In this document: positions 51,641 to 63,202 of the stretch, in pieces | Layout: each line of letters begins with the position of its first letter | Numbering within the stretch: position 1 is the stretch's first letter | Assembly (NCBI GenBank): GCA_030390025.1 | Contig: CM059432.1 | Coordinates: 139,254,001 to 139,318,000 of the forward strand | From: Squalus acanthias | Lineage: Eukaryota | Reading direction: 5' to 3' | Length of the DNA stretch: 64,000 nt | The notes under the pieces: model-generated | What the model saw: the letters and a program-made list of their open reading frames with translations, nothing else | The model's database searches: none | What the model was told of the DNA's origin: nothing | Made by a program: the position numbers and the translations under genes

Positions 51641-52319
51641 AACGTTTCAGGTCAGTGACCTTTCATCAGGGCCTGATAAAGACCTGAAGGACATGAGAAC
51701 ACCTGCCTAGTAAAGAGTTTGCCTAAAGGGGATGGAGAGGAATTTTCCAGATTTTTTCCTTAATTAGCCTAGGTTTTTATCTGTTCTGTTGTCTCCCCCG
51801 GGAGATTATATGGGTCCCGGCGAGTGGAGTGTGTGTTTGTACTGTGATGTAACTTGGCATCACAACTATATGGGACAACAACAACAACAACTTGCATTTA
51901 TATAGCACCTTTAACGTAGTAGAAACATCCCAAGGTGCTTCACAGGAGCGTTATCAAACAAGATTTGACACCGAGGCACATAAAGCAATATTAGGACAGG
52001 TGACCAAAAGCTTGGCCAAAGAAGTAGGTTTTAAGGAGTGTCAAAAGAGGAGAGAGAGGCGGAGAGGTTTAGGGAGGGAATTCCAGAGATTGGGGCCGAG
52101 GCTGAAGGGACAGCCGCCAATGGTGGAACAATGAAAATCGGGGAAGTGCAAGAGGCCAGAATTGGAGGAGCGCCGATATCTAGGAGGGTTTAGGGCTGGA
52201 GGAGGTTCCAGAGATAGGGAGAGGGCAAGGTCATGGAGGGATTTGAAAACAAGGATGAGAATTTTAAAACCGAGGTGTTGCTGGACCGGGAGCCAATGTA
52301 GATGAGCGAGCACAGGGGT

Positions 52320-52547
52320 TGACATGAATCTTGTCATTCATGGGAAATGACTTATGACATAATACTGGGCGGCCTGCTGGTGGCGCTGTTCAGGGAGAGT
52401 ATAAATACTTGGGCATGGGCCCAGCTTGCTCAGGACATTCTTTAACAGGAACTAGTGAAGGACACAACTAGATCTCCATGTTGTAAAACAGTTGATTAAA
52501 GCCTTGTTTAACACTTAGACCAAGTGCCTAGTAGTTTTCTTACGTCA
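52320..52547 (+). mobile_element. Solo LTR, 228 bp
   Basis: TGACAT...ACGTCA termini; 5-bp TSD GGGGT at 52315-52319 and 52548-52552 splitting an L2 fragment; TATAAATA 52400-52407; ATTAAA 52495-52500. Confidence 0.8.
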
Positions 52548-52702
52548 GGGGTGATGGGTGAAAGAGACTTGTGTGAGTTAGGATACGGGCGGCAGAGTTT
52601 TGGATGATTTAAAGTGGTCCTCCTCTGCGCCATTATTATACCATGCTTTGTGTATATTAAGCACTGCGTCTGAATATTAATCATTTATATTTTATTTTCC
52701 AG

Positions 52703-52778
52703 GCAAGTATTCGATATAATGTGCATTTCAGTGAAGAGGAAGATGCCAAGAGGATAAAAAAGGCTTGTAAAGGAGCAG
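52703..52778 (+). CDS. ANXA13: Annexin A13 second identified coding exon (ASIRYNVHFSEEEDAKRIKKACKGA-G)
   Basis: ttttccag|GCA...GCAG|gtaatc; 76 nt; DAKxxxKACKGxG start of annexin repeat 1; phase matches exon 1; head-to-head with FAM91A1 as in human. Confidence 0.9.
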
Positions 52779-54394
52779 GTAATCAAATATTTCTATCTGG
52801 ACATTAAGTTTTCATTTGAATTGAACTGACATCTAACGTTTTGTGATCACGTACAGTTATGATAGAATAAAAGGCACAAGAGTTTAACTGCGGAATGTCG
52901 TGCTTGTAGTTCGACTGGGAATTAATGAAGCATTTACAGCTGGGAGTCATCTGATCGGGAGAGAGGGTTTTTCTGATTCCATGAAAAGAAAGAACGAACT
53001 TGCACGACCTCAGGACATCCCAAAGTGCTTCACAGCCAATTAAGTACTTTTTGAAGTGTGGTCAATACAAAGTGTTGTATTGTAGGGAAACGTGGCAGGC
53101 AGACAACTCTCTCTGGCACTCGTGCTTAATTTTGCTGGGGAGCACTGCAGTTTCACATCACCAGTACGGTGCTGCTGTCATATAGAGAGCAACTAGCTGT
53201 GTGGCTCTGGGTTACACTTCATTGGCTTATATACTATGACAATGAGAGATGACATGTTTCAATCCCAGCCAAACAGGACAAAGGATGCCCAATAAAACAG
53301 CTCCGCTGCCTAGCAACACCATTTGGGTTGCATTGTCTAACTAGCAAACAGCACCAAATGTGTACGTGAATCATAGAATCATAGAATAGTACAGCACAGG
53401 AGAAGACCATTCGGCCCATCGAGTCTGCGCCGGCTCTTTCGAAGAGCAATCCAGTCAGTCCCACTCTTTCCCCATGTCCCTGCAATTTTTTCTCCTTCAA
53501 GTATTTATCCAATTCTCTTTTGAAGGCTACTATTGAATCTGTTTCCACCATCCTATCAGGCAGTGCATTCCAAATCCTAACCACTCGTTGCGTAATTTCT
53601 TTTCTCCTCGTGTCGCCTCTGGTTCTTTTGCCGATCTCCTTAAATCTGTGCCCTCTGGTTATTGACCCTTCAGCCATTGGAAACAGTTTCTCTTTATTTA
53701 CTTGATCTAAACCCTTCATGATTTTAAACACAATTTGTGAAACCGTGAAGGATATCTGCACTTTATTGTTATGAAAATGATCAGTACACTTCCTTCTCCC
53801 TCCTGGCAGATAAGCTACTCGTCCGGTATTAATGTACCAGACAAAAAGTAATCGTAAAACCTATTGCGACACATCTAACAGGTAGCTCCTGCTTCACATT
53901 TTATTTTTTTAAAGCAGGTTGAAGATTTTTAAAGGCACAGACCACGATTGTTGGTTAATAATAGTTCAGTAGAAGCCATTCAGGGGAGAAATGAGGACTC
54001 CTGTTAACATTTTAACTTCAGTATAAGCTCTGGAATTCCCTGCCTAAACCTCTCCGCCTCTCTACCTCTCTCCTCCTTTAAGATGCTCCTTAAAACCTAC
54101 CTCTTTGACCAAGGTTTTGGTCATCTGCCCAAATATCTCCTTATAGGTGACTTGGTGTCAAATTTTGTTTGATAGGAAGTTTCTCCTGAATTCCCGATTG
54201 GATTTATTAGTGACTGTCTTATATTTATGACCCCTAGTTCAGGTCTCACCCGCAAGTGGAAACATCTTCTCTACAACGACCCTATCCAACTCCTTCATAA
54301 TCTTGAAGACCTCTATCAGCTCACCCCATAGCCAGAGAAATCCCACCAATAATATACCAGCCGAAAATACCCACAGACCTCAATCCATTTTTCT

Positions 54395-57300
54395 TTTATT
54401 CGTTCATGGGATCTGGGCATCGCTAGCAAGGCCGGCATTTATTACCCATCCCTAGTTGCCCTTGAGAAGGTGGCGGTGGGCCTTCTTCTTGAACCGCTGC
54501 AGTCCGTGTGGTGAAGGTACTCCCACAGTGCTGTTAGGGAGGGAGTTCCAGGATTTTTAACCCAGCGACGATGAAGGAACGGCGATATACTTCCAGGTCA
54601 GGATGGTGTGTGACTTGGAGGGGAACTTGGAGGTGGTGGTGTTCCCATGCGCCTGCTGCCCTTGTCCTTCTAGGTGGAAGAGGTCGCGGGTTTGGGAGGT
54701 GCTGCAGAAGAAGCCGTGGCGAGTTGCTGCAGTGCATCTTATAGATGGTGCACACTGCAGCCATGGTATGCCGGTGGTGGAGGGAGTGAATGTTTAAGGT
54801 GGTGGATGGGGTGCCAATCAAGCAGGCTGCTTTGTCTTGATGGTGTCGAGCTTCTTGAGTGTTGTTGGAGCTGCACTCATCCAGGCAAGTGGAGAGTATT
54901 CCATCACACTCCTAACTTGTGCCTTGTAGATGGTGGAAAAGCTTTGGGGAGTCAGGAGGTGAGACACTCCCTGCAGAATACCCAGCCTCTGACCTGCTCT
55001 TGTTGCCACAGTATTTACGTGGCTGGTCCAGTTAAGTTTCTGGTCAATGGTGACACCCAGGATATTGATGGTGGGGGATTTGATGATGGTAATGCTGTTG
55101 AAAGTCAAAGGGCGGTGATTAGATGCTTGCATGTTGGAGATAGTCATTGCCTGGCACTTCTGTGGTGCGAATGTTACCTGCCATTTATCAGCCCAAGCCT
55201 GGATGTCGTCCAGGTCTTGCTGCATGTGGGCATGGACTGCTTCATTATCTGAGGAGTTGCAAATGGCACTGAACACTGCAGTCATCAGCGAACATCCCCA
55301 TTTCAGAACTTATGATGGAGGGAAGGTCATTGATGAAGCAGCTGAAGATGGTTGGGCCTAGGACACTGCCCTGAGGAACTCCTGCAGTGATGTCCTGGGG
55401 CTGTGATGATTGACCTCCAACCACCACAACCATCTTCCTTTGTGCTAGGTATGACTCCAACCAGTGGAGAGTTTTCCCCCTGATTCCCATTGACTTCAGT
55501 TTTACTAGGGCTCCTTGATGCCACACTCGGTCAAATGCTGCCTTGATGTCAACGGCAGTCACTCTCACCTCACCTCTGGAATTCAGCTCTTTTGTCCATG
55601 TTTGGACCAAGGTTGTAATGAGGTCTGGAGCTGAGTGGTCCTGGCAGAACCCAAACTGGGCATCAGTGAGCAAGTATTGGTGAGTAAGTGCCGCTTGATA
55701 GCACTGTCGACGACACCTTCCATCACTTTGCTGATGATTGAGAGTAGACTGATGGAGCGGTAATTGGCCGGATTGGATTTTTTTCCTGCTTTTTGTGGAC
55801 AGGATATACCTGACCAGTTTTCCACATTGTCGGATAGATGCCAGTGTTATAGCTGTACTGGAACAGCTTGGCTGAAGGCTAGTTCTGGAGCACAAGTCTT
55901 CAGCACGATAGCCGGGATGTTGTCGGGGCCCATAGCCTTTGCTGTATCCAGTGTGCTCAGCCATTTCTTGATATCACGTGGGGTGAATCGAATTAGCTGA
56001 AGACTGGCTTCTGTGGTGGTGGGGACCTCAGGAGGAGGCCGATATGGATCATCCACTCGGCACTTCTGGCTAAAGATGATTGCAAACACTTCAGCTTTGT
56101 CTTTTACACTCATCTGCTGGGCTCCACCATCATTGAGGATGGGGATGTTCATGGAGCCTCCGCCTCCCGTTAGTTGTTGAATGGTCCACCACCATTCACG
56201 ACTGGATGTAGCAGGACTACAGAGCTTTGATCTGATCCGTTGATTGTGGGTTGGTCCCCTGGCTTAATGGGAATGGTAGAGTGAGGGATATGTCAAGCCA
56301 TGAGGTTACAGATTGTGGTGGAGTACAATTCTGCTGCTGCTGATGCATCAGAGCGCCTCATGGATGCCCAGTTTTGAGCTGCTAGATCTGTTCCATTTAG
56401 CACGGTGGTAGTGCTACACAACACAATGGAGGGTGTAAGAACATAAGAAATAGGAGCAGGAGTAAGCCATTCGGCCCTTCAAGCCTGCTCCGCCATTCAA
56501 TGAGATCATGGCTGATCTTCTGCCTCAACTTGATTCACTGGCCCTATCGCCATATCCTTTGATGCCCTTACTAGTCAGAAATCTATCGACTTCTGTTTTG
56601 AATATACCCAATGACTGAGCCTCCACAGCCCTCTGGGGTAGAGAATTCCAAAGATTCACCACCCTCTGTGTGAAGAAATTTCTCTCCTCTCAGTCCTGAA
56701 TGGCCCACCCTTTATCCTGAGGCTGTGGCCCCTGGTTCTTGACTCCCCAGCCAAGGGATACATTCTCCCAGCATCCACCCTATCAAGCCCTGTAATAATT
56801 TTGTATGCTTCAATGAGATCCCCTCTCATTCTTCTGAATTCAAGAGAATACAGGCCTAGTTTACTCAATCTCTTCTCATACGATAGTCCCGCCATCCCAG
56901 GAATCAATCTCGTGAACCTTCGTTGCACCCCCTCTATGGCAAGTATATCCTTCCTTAGGTAAGGAGACCAAAATTGTACACAGTACTCCAGGTGTTGTCT
57001 CACCAAGGCCCTATATAATTGGAGTAAGACTTCTTTACTCAAATCCTCTTGTAATGAAGGCCAGCATACCATTTGCCTTCCTAATGGCTTGCTGCACCTG
57101 CACATTCACTTTCAGTGACTCATGTACAAGGACACCCAGGTCCCTTTGAGCATTTGCATTCCCCAATCTTTCACCATTTAGGAAATACTCTGCCTTTCTG
57201 TTTTTTCTACCAAAGTGGATAACTTCACATTTATCCACATTATATTCCATCTGCCATGTTCTCACCCACTCACCAAGCCTGTCAAAATCCCCTCGAAGCC

Positions 57301-58437
57301 TCTTCACATCTGACACTGCCACTTAGCTTTGTATCATCAGCAAATTTGGAAATGTTACATTTAGTCCCCTCATCCAAATCATTGATATAGATTGTGAATG
57401 TCCTCAGTGTGAAGATGGGACTTCAACTCCACAATGACTGTGCGGTGGTCACTGCTACCAACGCTGTCATGGACAGATGCATCTGCGACAGGTGGATTGG
57501 TGAGGACGAGGTCAAGTAGGTTTTTCCCTCGTGTTGGTTCTCTTACCACCTGTCGCAGGCCCAGACTGGCAGCTATGTCCTTCAAGACTCGGCCAGTTCG
57601 GTCAGTAGTGGTGCTACCGAACCACTCTTGGTGATGGACATTGAAGTCCCCCACCCAGAGTACATTCTGTGCCCTTGTGACTCTCAGTGCTACTTCCAAG
57701 TGGTGTTCAACATGGAGGAGTACTGATTCATCAGCTGAGGGAGGGCGGTAGGTGGTAATCATGCTTGGCCTGAAGCCATGAGACTTCATGGGGTCCGGAG
57801 TCAATGTTGAGGACTCCTAGGACTCCCAGGGCCACTGTGTCGCCACCCCTGGTGGGTCTGTCCTGCCGGTGACAGGGATGGTGATGGAGGAGTCTGGGAC
57901 ATTGGATGAAAGGTGTGATTCTGTCTATGTCAGGCTGTTGCTTGACTAGTCTGTGGAACAGCCCTCTCAATTTTGGCACAAGTCCCCAGATGTTTGTGAG
58001 GAGGACTTTGCAGGGTCGACTGGGCTGGGTGTGCCGTTGTCGTGTCCGGTGCCGAGGTCGATGCCGGGTAGTCCGTCCGGTTTTATTCTTATTGTTATTG
58101 TTTTTCGCAGCGGTTTTTTACAACTGAGTGCTTGCTGGGCCATTTCAGAGGGCAGTTAAGAGTCAACCACATTGCTGTGGGTCTGGTGTCACATATAGGC
58201 CAGACCAGGTAAGGGCAGCAGATTTCCTTCAACTAAAGAACATTGGTGAACCAGATGGGTTTTTACGACAGTTTTATGGTCACCATTACTGACACTAGCT
58301 TTTTATTCCAGATTTATTTAATTAACTGATTTTAAATTCCTCAGCTGCCGTGGAGAGATTTGAACTCATGTCTCTGGATCATTCATCCAGGCCTCTGGAT
58401 TACTAGCCCAGTAACATAACCACTATGCTACCGACCC
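54395..58437 (-). mobile_element. Near full-length degenerate CR1/L2-superclade LINE: tRNA-like head, APE, RT, tail; CR1 nested at about 56437-57397
   Basis: A box TAGCATAGTGG at 58420-58430, B box GAGTTCAAATC at 58357-58367; APE motifs TNIWGL, GDFNVHH, LDLVLTN, SDH; RT motifs GVPQGSVLGP, FADD. Confidence 0.85.
56437..57397 (-). mobile_element. 5'-truncated CR1 nested in the LINE
   Basis: KFADDTK, KCEVIHFGRKN and LEYCVQFWSP peptides; CR1 tail. Confidence 0.9.
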
Positions 58438-59155
58438 CGGTATTCAAGCTGCAGTGTTATATTTCTGGCCTCCCCTTTACAGCACACATTGCGCACTCAA
58501 AAACAAAAATCTATAATGTTGATCCTGCAATGTCAACGGCCATTGAAAGCAAATTACAATCTGCACAGCTATTTCACCCAATTGTTCAGGGTGAGCGATG
58601 CTCACTGTACATTCCAGCGTTTTCAACGGCAAACCTCTGCCGCACAGTATAACAATGAAAGGACCAGTAAAAAGTTGTTGGAAGTGAACTGGCTCATTAA
58701 TATATTTTCATCTTTGCTACCTAACTCTCACTCCAGAGACTTGCGCACATAATCTAAACTGACGCTCCAGTACAGCACTGAGGGAGTTAGAAAGTTCCCT
58801 TTCTAACGGGAACTGACCAAAACCCCAAGACGGTAAAAGTGGCGGCGTTCGGGGGAACATTGGCAATAAGGGCTGCCACGGTGGGTGGGCACGCTGGGAT
58901 ATGCTTGTTTCGAATGCGATCGTCGGTAGTCATGCGCCATGAGTCATCTGCTTTCCTCACCGGCCAGATAGGGGAATTAACCTCACTGGCGATAGAAACA
59001 GAGAAAAATAGGAGCAGGAGTAGGCCATTCGGCCCTTCAAGCCTGCTCCGCCATTCAATATGATCATGGCTGATCCTCTATCTCAATACCAGATTCCCCC
59101 TCTCTCCCCATACCCCTTGATGCCTTTTGTGTCCAGAAATCTATCTATATTCCAT

Positions 59156-59885
59156 GATGCGGAGATGCCGGTGTTGGACTGGGGTGGACAAAAATGAGAA
59201 GTCGCACAACACCAAGTTATAGTCCAACAGTTTTATTTGAAATTACGAGCTTTCGGAGCGCTACTCCTTCATCAGGTACAGTGAGGGAATACAAATCGGT
59301 TACAAAGTATATATAGACAGAGAACAATGTGTCTGCAGAGATTCAATCCGTCAGGGAGGCATTACATCAAAGACACAGCAGAATACAGCTAAGACAATGA
59401 GGTGGGGTCACAGGGGGTCCAACGTGTCAAATGCTGCAGTCTGCAGTTAAGCTTTTTACTTTTTTTTAAACTGGAAATCACATCTGTGAACAAGACAACG
59501 ATGACTCTAGTCTGGACTCTAGTCTGGACTCTAGTCACGTCCTGTAGCGTGACATGAAACCGAGATCCCGGTTGAGGCCGTCCTCATGGGTGCGGAACTT
59601 GGCTATCAGTTTTTGCTCGATGATTTTGCGTTGTCGTGTGTCTCGAAGGCCGCCTTGGAGAACGCTAACCCGCAGATCTGAGGCTGAATGTCCTTGACTG
59701 CTGAAGTGTTCCCCGACTGGGAGGTAACAATCCTGCCTGGCGATTGTTGCGCGGTGTCCGTTCATACGTTGTCTCAGTGTCTGCATGGTCTCGCCGATGT
59801 ACCATGCTGCGGTGCATTCTTTCCTGCAAAGTATGAGGTAGACAACGTTGGCCGAGTCACATGAGTATGTACCAGGTACATGGTG
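59156..59885 (-). mobile_element. 5'-truncated Penelope-like element: GIY-YIG endonuclease C-terminus, 3' region and terminal repeat with hammerhead-like core
   Basis: NVVYLILC...WYIGETMQTLRQRMNGH...EQKLIAKF...GLN peptide; CTGATGAAGGAGTAGCGCTCCGAAAG at 59250-59275; 12-bp GACTCTAGTCTG x about 3 at 59503-59536. Confidence 0.9.
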
Positions 59886-60745
59886 GGCATTAGCCACCGC
59901 GTGGTAGGGATATTGCTTTTGTGGCTTCGACATTGGCTGTCCATCGATGCAAATTTCTACACCGCTCATTCTCCGACAGTCATTCTTATGACGTGAAAAA
60001 AACGTTCTGATGTTTCTTAACTATTCCCCTCAATGTCTCAGGGGCGTTAGCACTCAGCTGTTCTGGGTCGTATACAGTGGACGGGTGTAACGCACACATT
60101 CTGGGGCCATGATCATGACAGCGTCCAGACGCCCTGCACCTCCTGCCCCTGCCCAAACACAATTATTTTTTTAAATCTATAATCGCCTGATGGTGAAGCA
60201 TCCAGTCAGACCCGAGTACCTCACTGCCCCCATGCCCCCATCTCATTAATATACAGGTCCAATCCGTTTGGTGTGGACCGATTGTGATCGTTAAAGGTTT
60301 GGATACCGCCCCAGTCCTTTCCTGGCCCGCCATGTACCTGGTACATACTCATGTGACTCGGCCAACGTTGTCTACCTCATACGTTGCAGGAAAGAATGCA
60401 CCGCAGCATGGTACATCGGCGAGACCATGCAGACACTGAGACAACGTATGAACGGACACCGCGCAACAATCGCCAGGCAGGATTGTTACCTCCCAGTCGG
60501 GGAACACTTCAGCAGTCAAGGACATTCAGCCTCAGATCTGCGGGTTAGCGTTCTCCAAGGTGGCCCGCGAATCCTGAGAGATTATAAGGTTCTCCCGATG
60601 AGTGGGGTGAAATAAGAGGGTCGCTATCGTGGACAACTGCCCGGGAGGCCCCGGTGCCCACCAAATAATCTCCCTCCCTGCCCACGACCTTTAATTTCAC
60701 CCAGGGGCGACCCCCACCCGTCACAGGTGATCGGGGTCAGATACT
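59884..60745 (-). pseudogene. Retroelement protease and RT N-terminus, degenerate, split by the 60331-60560 insert
   Basis: RPWVKLKV...YLVGTGAS (DTG mutated to GTG, 60644-60664)...SGFAG|QERTG...VLGSDWMLHHQAIIDL, then KHQNVF.RHKNDC.RM...KPQKQYPY. Confidence 0.82.
60331..60560 (+). mobile_element. 230-bp Penelope GIY-YIG fragment; inverted copy of 59653-59882
   Basis: One mismatch seen against the reverse complement; flanked by 8-bp TGGCCCGC at 60323-60330 and 60561-60568. Confidence 0.9.
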
Positions 60746-61419
60746 CGGGCTGGGCGCGGCCACGACATTGCGGGGCAGACCCTGGAGGGCCGCGCTTGTC
60801 ATTCCCCTTGCGGCGTGTACGGGGTCACCGGGGTTTGAGATTCTGCAGGGCGCGCCTCAGTTGAAGCAGCGTGGCCTGCAGCTCATCTTTGTCTGAGGAC
60901 TGGTCTTTAGAATCCCGCAGGCACCACGCTTTACTGCATTCCTTTAAATGTCCTCTCCTCCCACAATGATAGCACAGCCCTGTCTGCGATTTGGAGGGGG
61001 TTTTCCCCCCTCTTTGTCTCCATTCCTTATTTGGGGTCTGAAACCGAGACTGATCAGTCTCTCCTCCCGGGTGATTCTCGAACAGCTTGCCAGACTTGAG
61101 TTCTGGCGCTCGGTCGGTATTATGGAAGAGGGTGAGTCTCCGTAGGACCTCTGCCTCGGTGTTACCCTCATTGTCTGGGTCAAACCAATTAAATGCCTTG
61201 ACTTGGATGGAGGGAAGGCACTGACTGATCAGTGTCCGGAGCCAGTGGTTTAGAGGCCCATCCTGTAGTTGGTTGGCGGGCCGCCACCCCTCCCTGGGCT
61301 CGTAAATAGGAAGGCCAAAGTCGATCGGCGAAAGCTTGCGGGTGTTCCCCTGGCTTTTGTCAGGTCTGGGAGCATTCCAGGAAGGGGTTCCCTCCTGACA
61401 TGCTGACAGCTTTCAAGAT

Positions 61420-61610
61420 GCGGAGATGCCGGTGTTGGACTGGGGTGGACAAAAATGAGAAGTCGCACAACACCAGGTTATAGTCCAACAGTTTTATTTG
61501 AAATCACGAGCTTTCGGAGCGCTGACTTTACCTGACGAAGGAGCAGCGCTCCGAAAGCTCGTGATTTCAAATAAAACTGTTGGACTATAACCTGGTGTTG
61601 AGCGACTTCT
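61420..61610. mobile_element. Mini Penelope terminal-repeat insertion forming an inverted repeat with a hammerhead-like core
   Basis: Direct repeat CAGCTTTCAAGAT at 61407-61419 and 61611-61623; arms about 61455-61524 and 61544-61612; CTGACGAAGGAGCAGCGCTCCGAAAG at 61532-61557. Confidence 0.85.
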
Positions 61611-62143
61611 CAGCTTTCAAGATCGCCACCTTCAAGCCGGTGGTAGTCCCCCAACCTAGTTTCAGGTCCCGTCCCAGCCCCCCATATATCCCCGGATCGA
61701 GAGTAAATAACAACAATTTCCGATTTTCTTCCTCGTCCAGGCCATGAATACCGGCAAATTGCGCGGTCATTCAGAAGGTGGTGTTCAGGCGATTGGCCGT
61801 GTCTGAGAGATGGCAATTTCGTAGCAAGTTCCTGTATTTGGCCCATAGTGTGGGGAATCAAAAAGGTACTTGCAAGTACTGGTTCGTCACCCTCATTCTG
61901 ACCAGGGGGTATATTTCCGTTGCACAATCGGCAACATCGGGCTCACCTGAGGGCCACAGGGGTTAAATGGAGGAGGGCGACTCTCGGTACATTGAATCCC
62001 GTCATCGGGTCCTTGTACCTCTGTCTCGTCCCGCTCTATGGCCGGGGTCATTAGACAGACAACCACTCATTGGGCACAAAACGCTGTTTTCAGCCTATTA
62101 ATTTCTTGTTGACACTGACTGTGACAAGCAGTCTCACTTTGCT

Positions 62144-62620
62144 ATAAAAGCAGAAAATGCTGGAAACACTCAGCAGGTCAGGCAGCATCTGTGGAGAGAG
62201 AAACAGAGTTAACGTTTCAGGTCGGTGACCCTTCGTCAGAACTGGAAAAAGTGAGGATGGAACAGGTTTTTAAGCAAGTGTAGGGGCAAGGAGAGGGGGG
62301 AGGGGAGGAAAGAACAAAAGGGAAGGTCTGTGCTAGGATGGAAGGCAGGAGAGATTAAGTAAGAGACAAAAGGGATGATGGTGCAAGGCAAAAGGAGATG
62401 GTAATGGAACAAGTTAAGAAACAAAAGATGGTTCTAGATGAAGTGTAAATGGCGATGGCAGAATGATTGACAGCTGCCATGTGAGAGGGAGAAAAAAAAT
62501 GGAAAAAAAAGATAGGGCAGAGGTTATGGTCTGAAATTGTTGAACTCTATGTTGAGTCCAGAAGGCTGTAAAGTGCCTAATCGAAAGATGAGGTGCTGTT
62601 CCTCGAGCTTACGTTGAGCT
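62144..62620 (-). mobile_element. Penelope-like 3' fragment, second family
   Basis: EAQRKLEEQHLIFRLGTLQPSGLNIEFNNF peptide; CTGACGAAGGGTCACCGACCTGAAACGTTAAC core; 10-bp TSD TCACTTTGCT at 62134-62143 and 62621-62630. Confidence 0.88.
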
Positions 62621-63180
62621 TCACTTTGCTGCTGTGTCTTAAAACTCTATAAGCTGCTTTCATATCCTCACACCCCTGTTCCGCCGTCTCTCATTTCTGC
62701 TCCCATTCATCTCTATCCTGTGTTCGTTGCTGTAATTTATCCTTCGCATTAGTCAGAGAACGCTGGAGAAACTGCTTTCCACACTTAAAAGTCTTCCTGC
62801 ATTTCTAACTTCTCCTCCCCCACCTTTTGTAGCTCTTTCATTAACCTTTCTACCACTGCTTCTTGATTACTCAACTGTTCCTCCGACCGTGCGATCTGCC
62901 CATCTTGTTGGGTGTTCTCCCTTTGTTTGTTTGCAATTTCGCGATCCATGGCCAAAAGCCAGACCGCCCGTTCGGATTTTTCTTTTCGGGCCGAACTTTC
63001 CGACCACTCAAACGCTCGGTCCTTCGGACTGGGCCCTACCAAAATGGATTTCATCCATTCTTCCTTAGGATTTACCTTTCCCAGACAATACTGGTACATT
63101 TGCTCATGGCCCGGTGTGGGCCTCTTACTCTTCCTCTAACCGCTTAAGCCCGACATTCTGCATAATAGTCTAACCTCAGA

Positions 63181-63198
63181 GTCCTGCCGCGGTCGCCA
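63181..63198 (-). other. Primer-binding site complementary to the tRNA-Arg 3' end
   Basis: Minus strand TGGCGACCGCGGCAGGAC(TC); the plus strand equals the recalled vertebrate tRNA-Arg(TCG/CCG) end GAGTCCTGCCGCGGTCG-CCA; 4 nt from the LTR end. Confidence 0.88.
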
Positions 63199-63202
63199 AA
63201 TC

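Larger units (their letters stand above)
60825..63163 (-). pseudogene. Degenerate gag of the LTR element, interrupted by two Penelope inserts
   Basis: Candidate ATG at 63163; coiled-coil-like segment (ORF 62785-63099); knuckle CYHCGRRGHLKEC at 60936-60974; TGA at 60825-60827. Confidence 0.75.

Noticed and set aside
63179..63198. tRNA-Arg gene
   Set aside because: Only the last 20 nt including CCA are present, next to an LTR, so it is a PBS
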